A DNA stretch of 64,000 nt, taken from positions 31,434,001 to 31,498,000 of the forward strand of contig NC_043009.1 in the NCBI RefSeq assembly GCF_006345805.1, given 5' to 3'. Shown piece after piece: positions 63,737 to 64,000 of the stretch. The position numbers and the translations under genes were made by a program. The notes beneath the pieces are model-generated. The model made no database searches. It was not told where the DNA came from and saw only the letters and a program-made list of their open reading frames with translations. This DNA is from Octopus sinensis. Lineage: Eukaryota. The number at the start of each line of letters is the position of its first letter. The stretch's first letter is position 1.

Positions 63737-63965
63737 ACAAGGCGGCGAGCTGGCAGAAACATTAGCATGCCGGGTGAAATGCTTAGTGGTATTGTGTCTG
63801 TCGTTGCGTTCTGAGTTCAAATTCCGCCGAGGTCAACTTTGCCATTCATCCTTTCGGGGTCGATAAATTAAGTACCAGTTACGCACTGGGGGTCGATGTA
63901 ATCGACTTAATCCGTTTGTCTGTCCTTGTTTGTCCCCTCTATGTTTAGCCCCTTGTGGGCAATAA
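63737..63965 (+). mobile_element. SINE of a third family; related copies at about 32570-32780, 24835-25020, 35760-35940 and 49320-49620
   Basis: GGCGGCGAGCTGGCAGAAAC..GTTCTGAGTTCAAATTCCGCCGAGGTC..GTACCAGTT..GGGGTCGAT. Confidence 0.85.
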
Positions 63966-64000
63966 AGAAACATATATATATTTACATACATGATAGGTTT

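Overview
AT-rich, repeat-dense eukaryotic DNA. The SINE, LINE and microsatellite content matches my recollection of octopus (coleoid cephalopod) genomes; the host is inferred and was not database-checked. I could not recognise an intact protein-coding gene, and nearly all long ORFs in the supplied track are microsatellite translation artefacts. The window holds microsatellites, several SINE families, RTE/RTE-X LINE remnants, five Tc1/mariner relics (one full length with TIRs and a TA target duplication), a solo LTR and three recent tandem duplications. The main result is a set of hammerhead-ribozyme (HHR) elements inserted into (TA)n tracts. One is a 490-nt circularly permuted monomer copied as a 1.4-mer plus an inverted 1.05-mer (56201-57413). 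Another is an unrelated 593-nt monomer present as a 1.3-mer (33938-34704), and a third is a decayed HHR at 24173-24306. All three carry type I HHRs with unusually long stem II extensions, consistent with retrozyme-like or Penelope-dependent circular RNA elements. Short elements with minimal HHR-like motifs are also present. Other points of note are a tRNA-Gly-type gene with a TCA (opal-reading) anticodon and no Pol III terminator (19195-19266), and a pair of paralogous splice-flanked exon candidates (36975-38028). All RNA structures were paired by hand and no folding software or database search was run.
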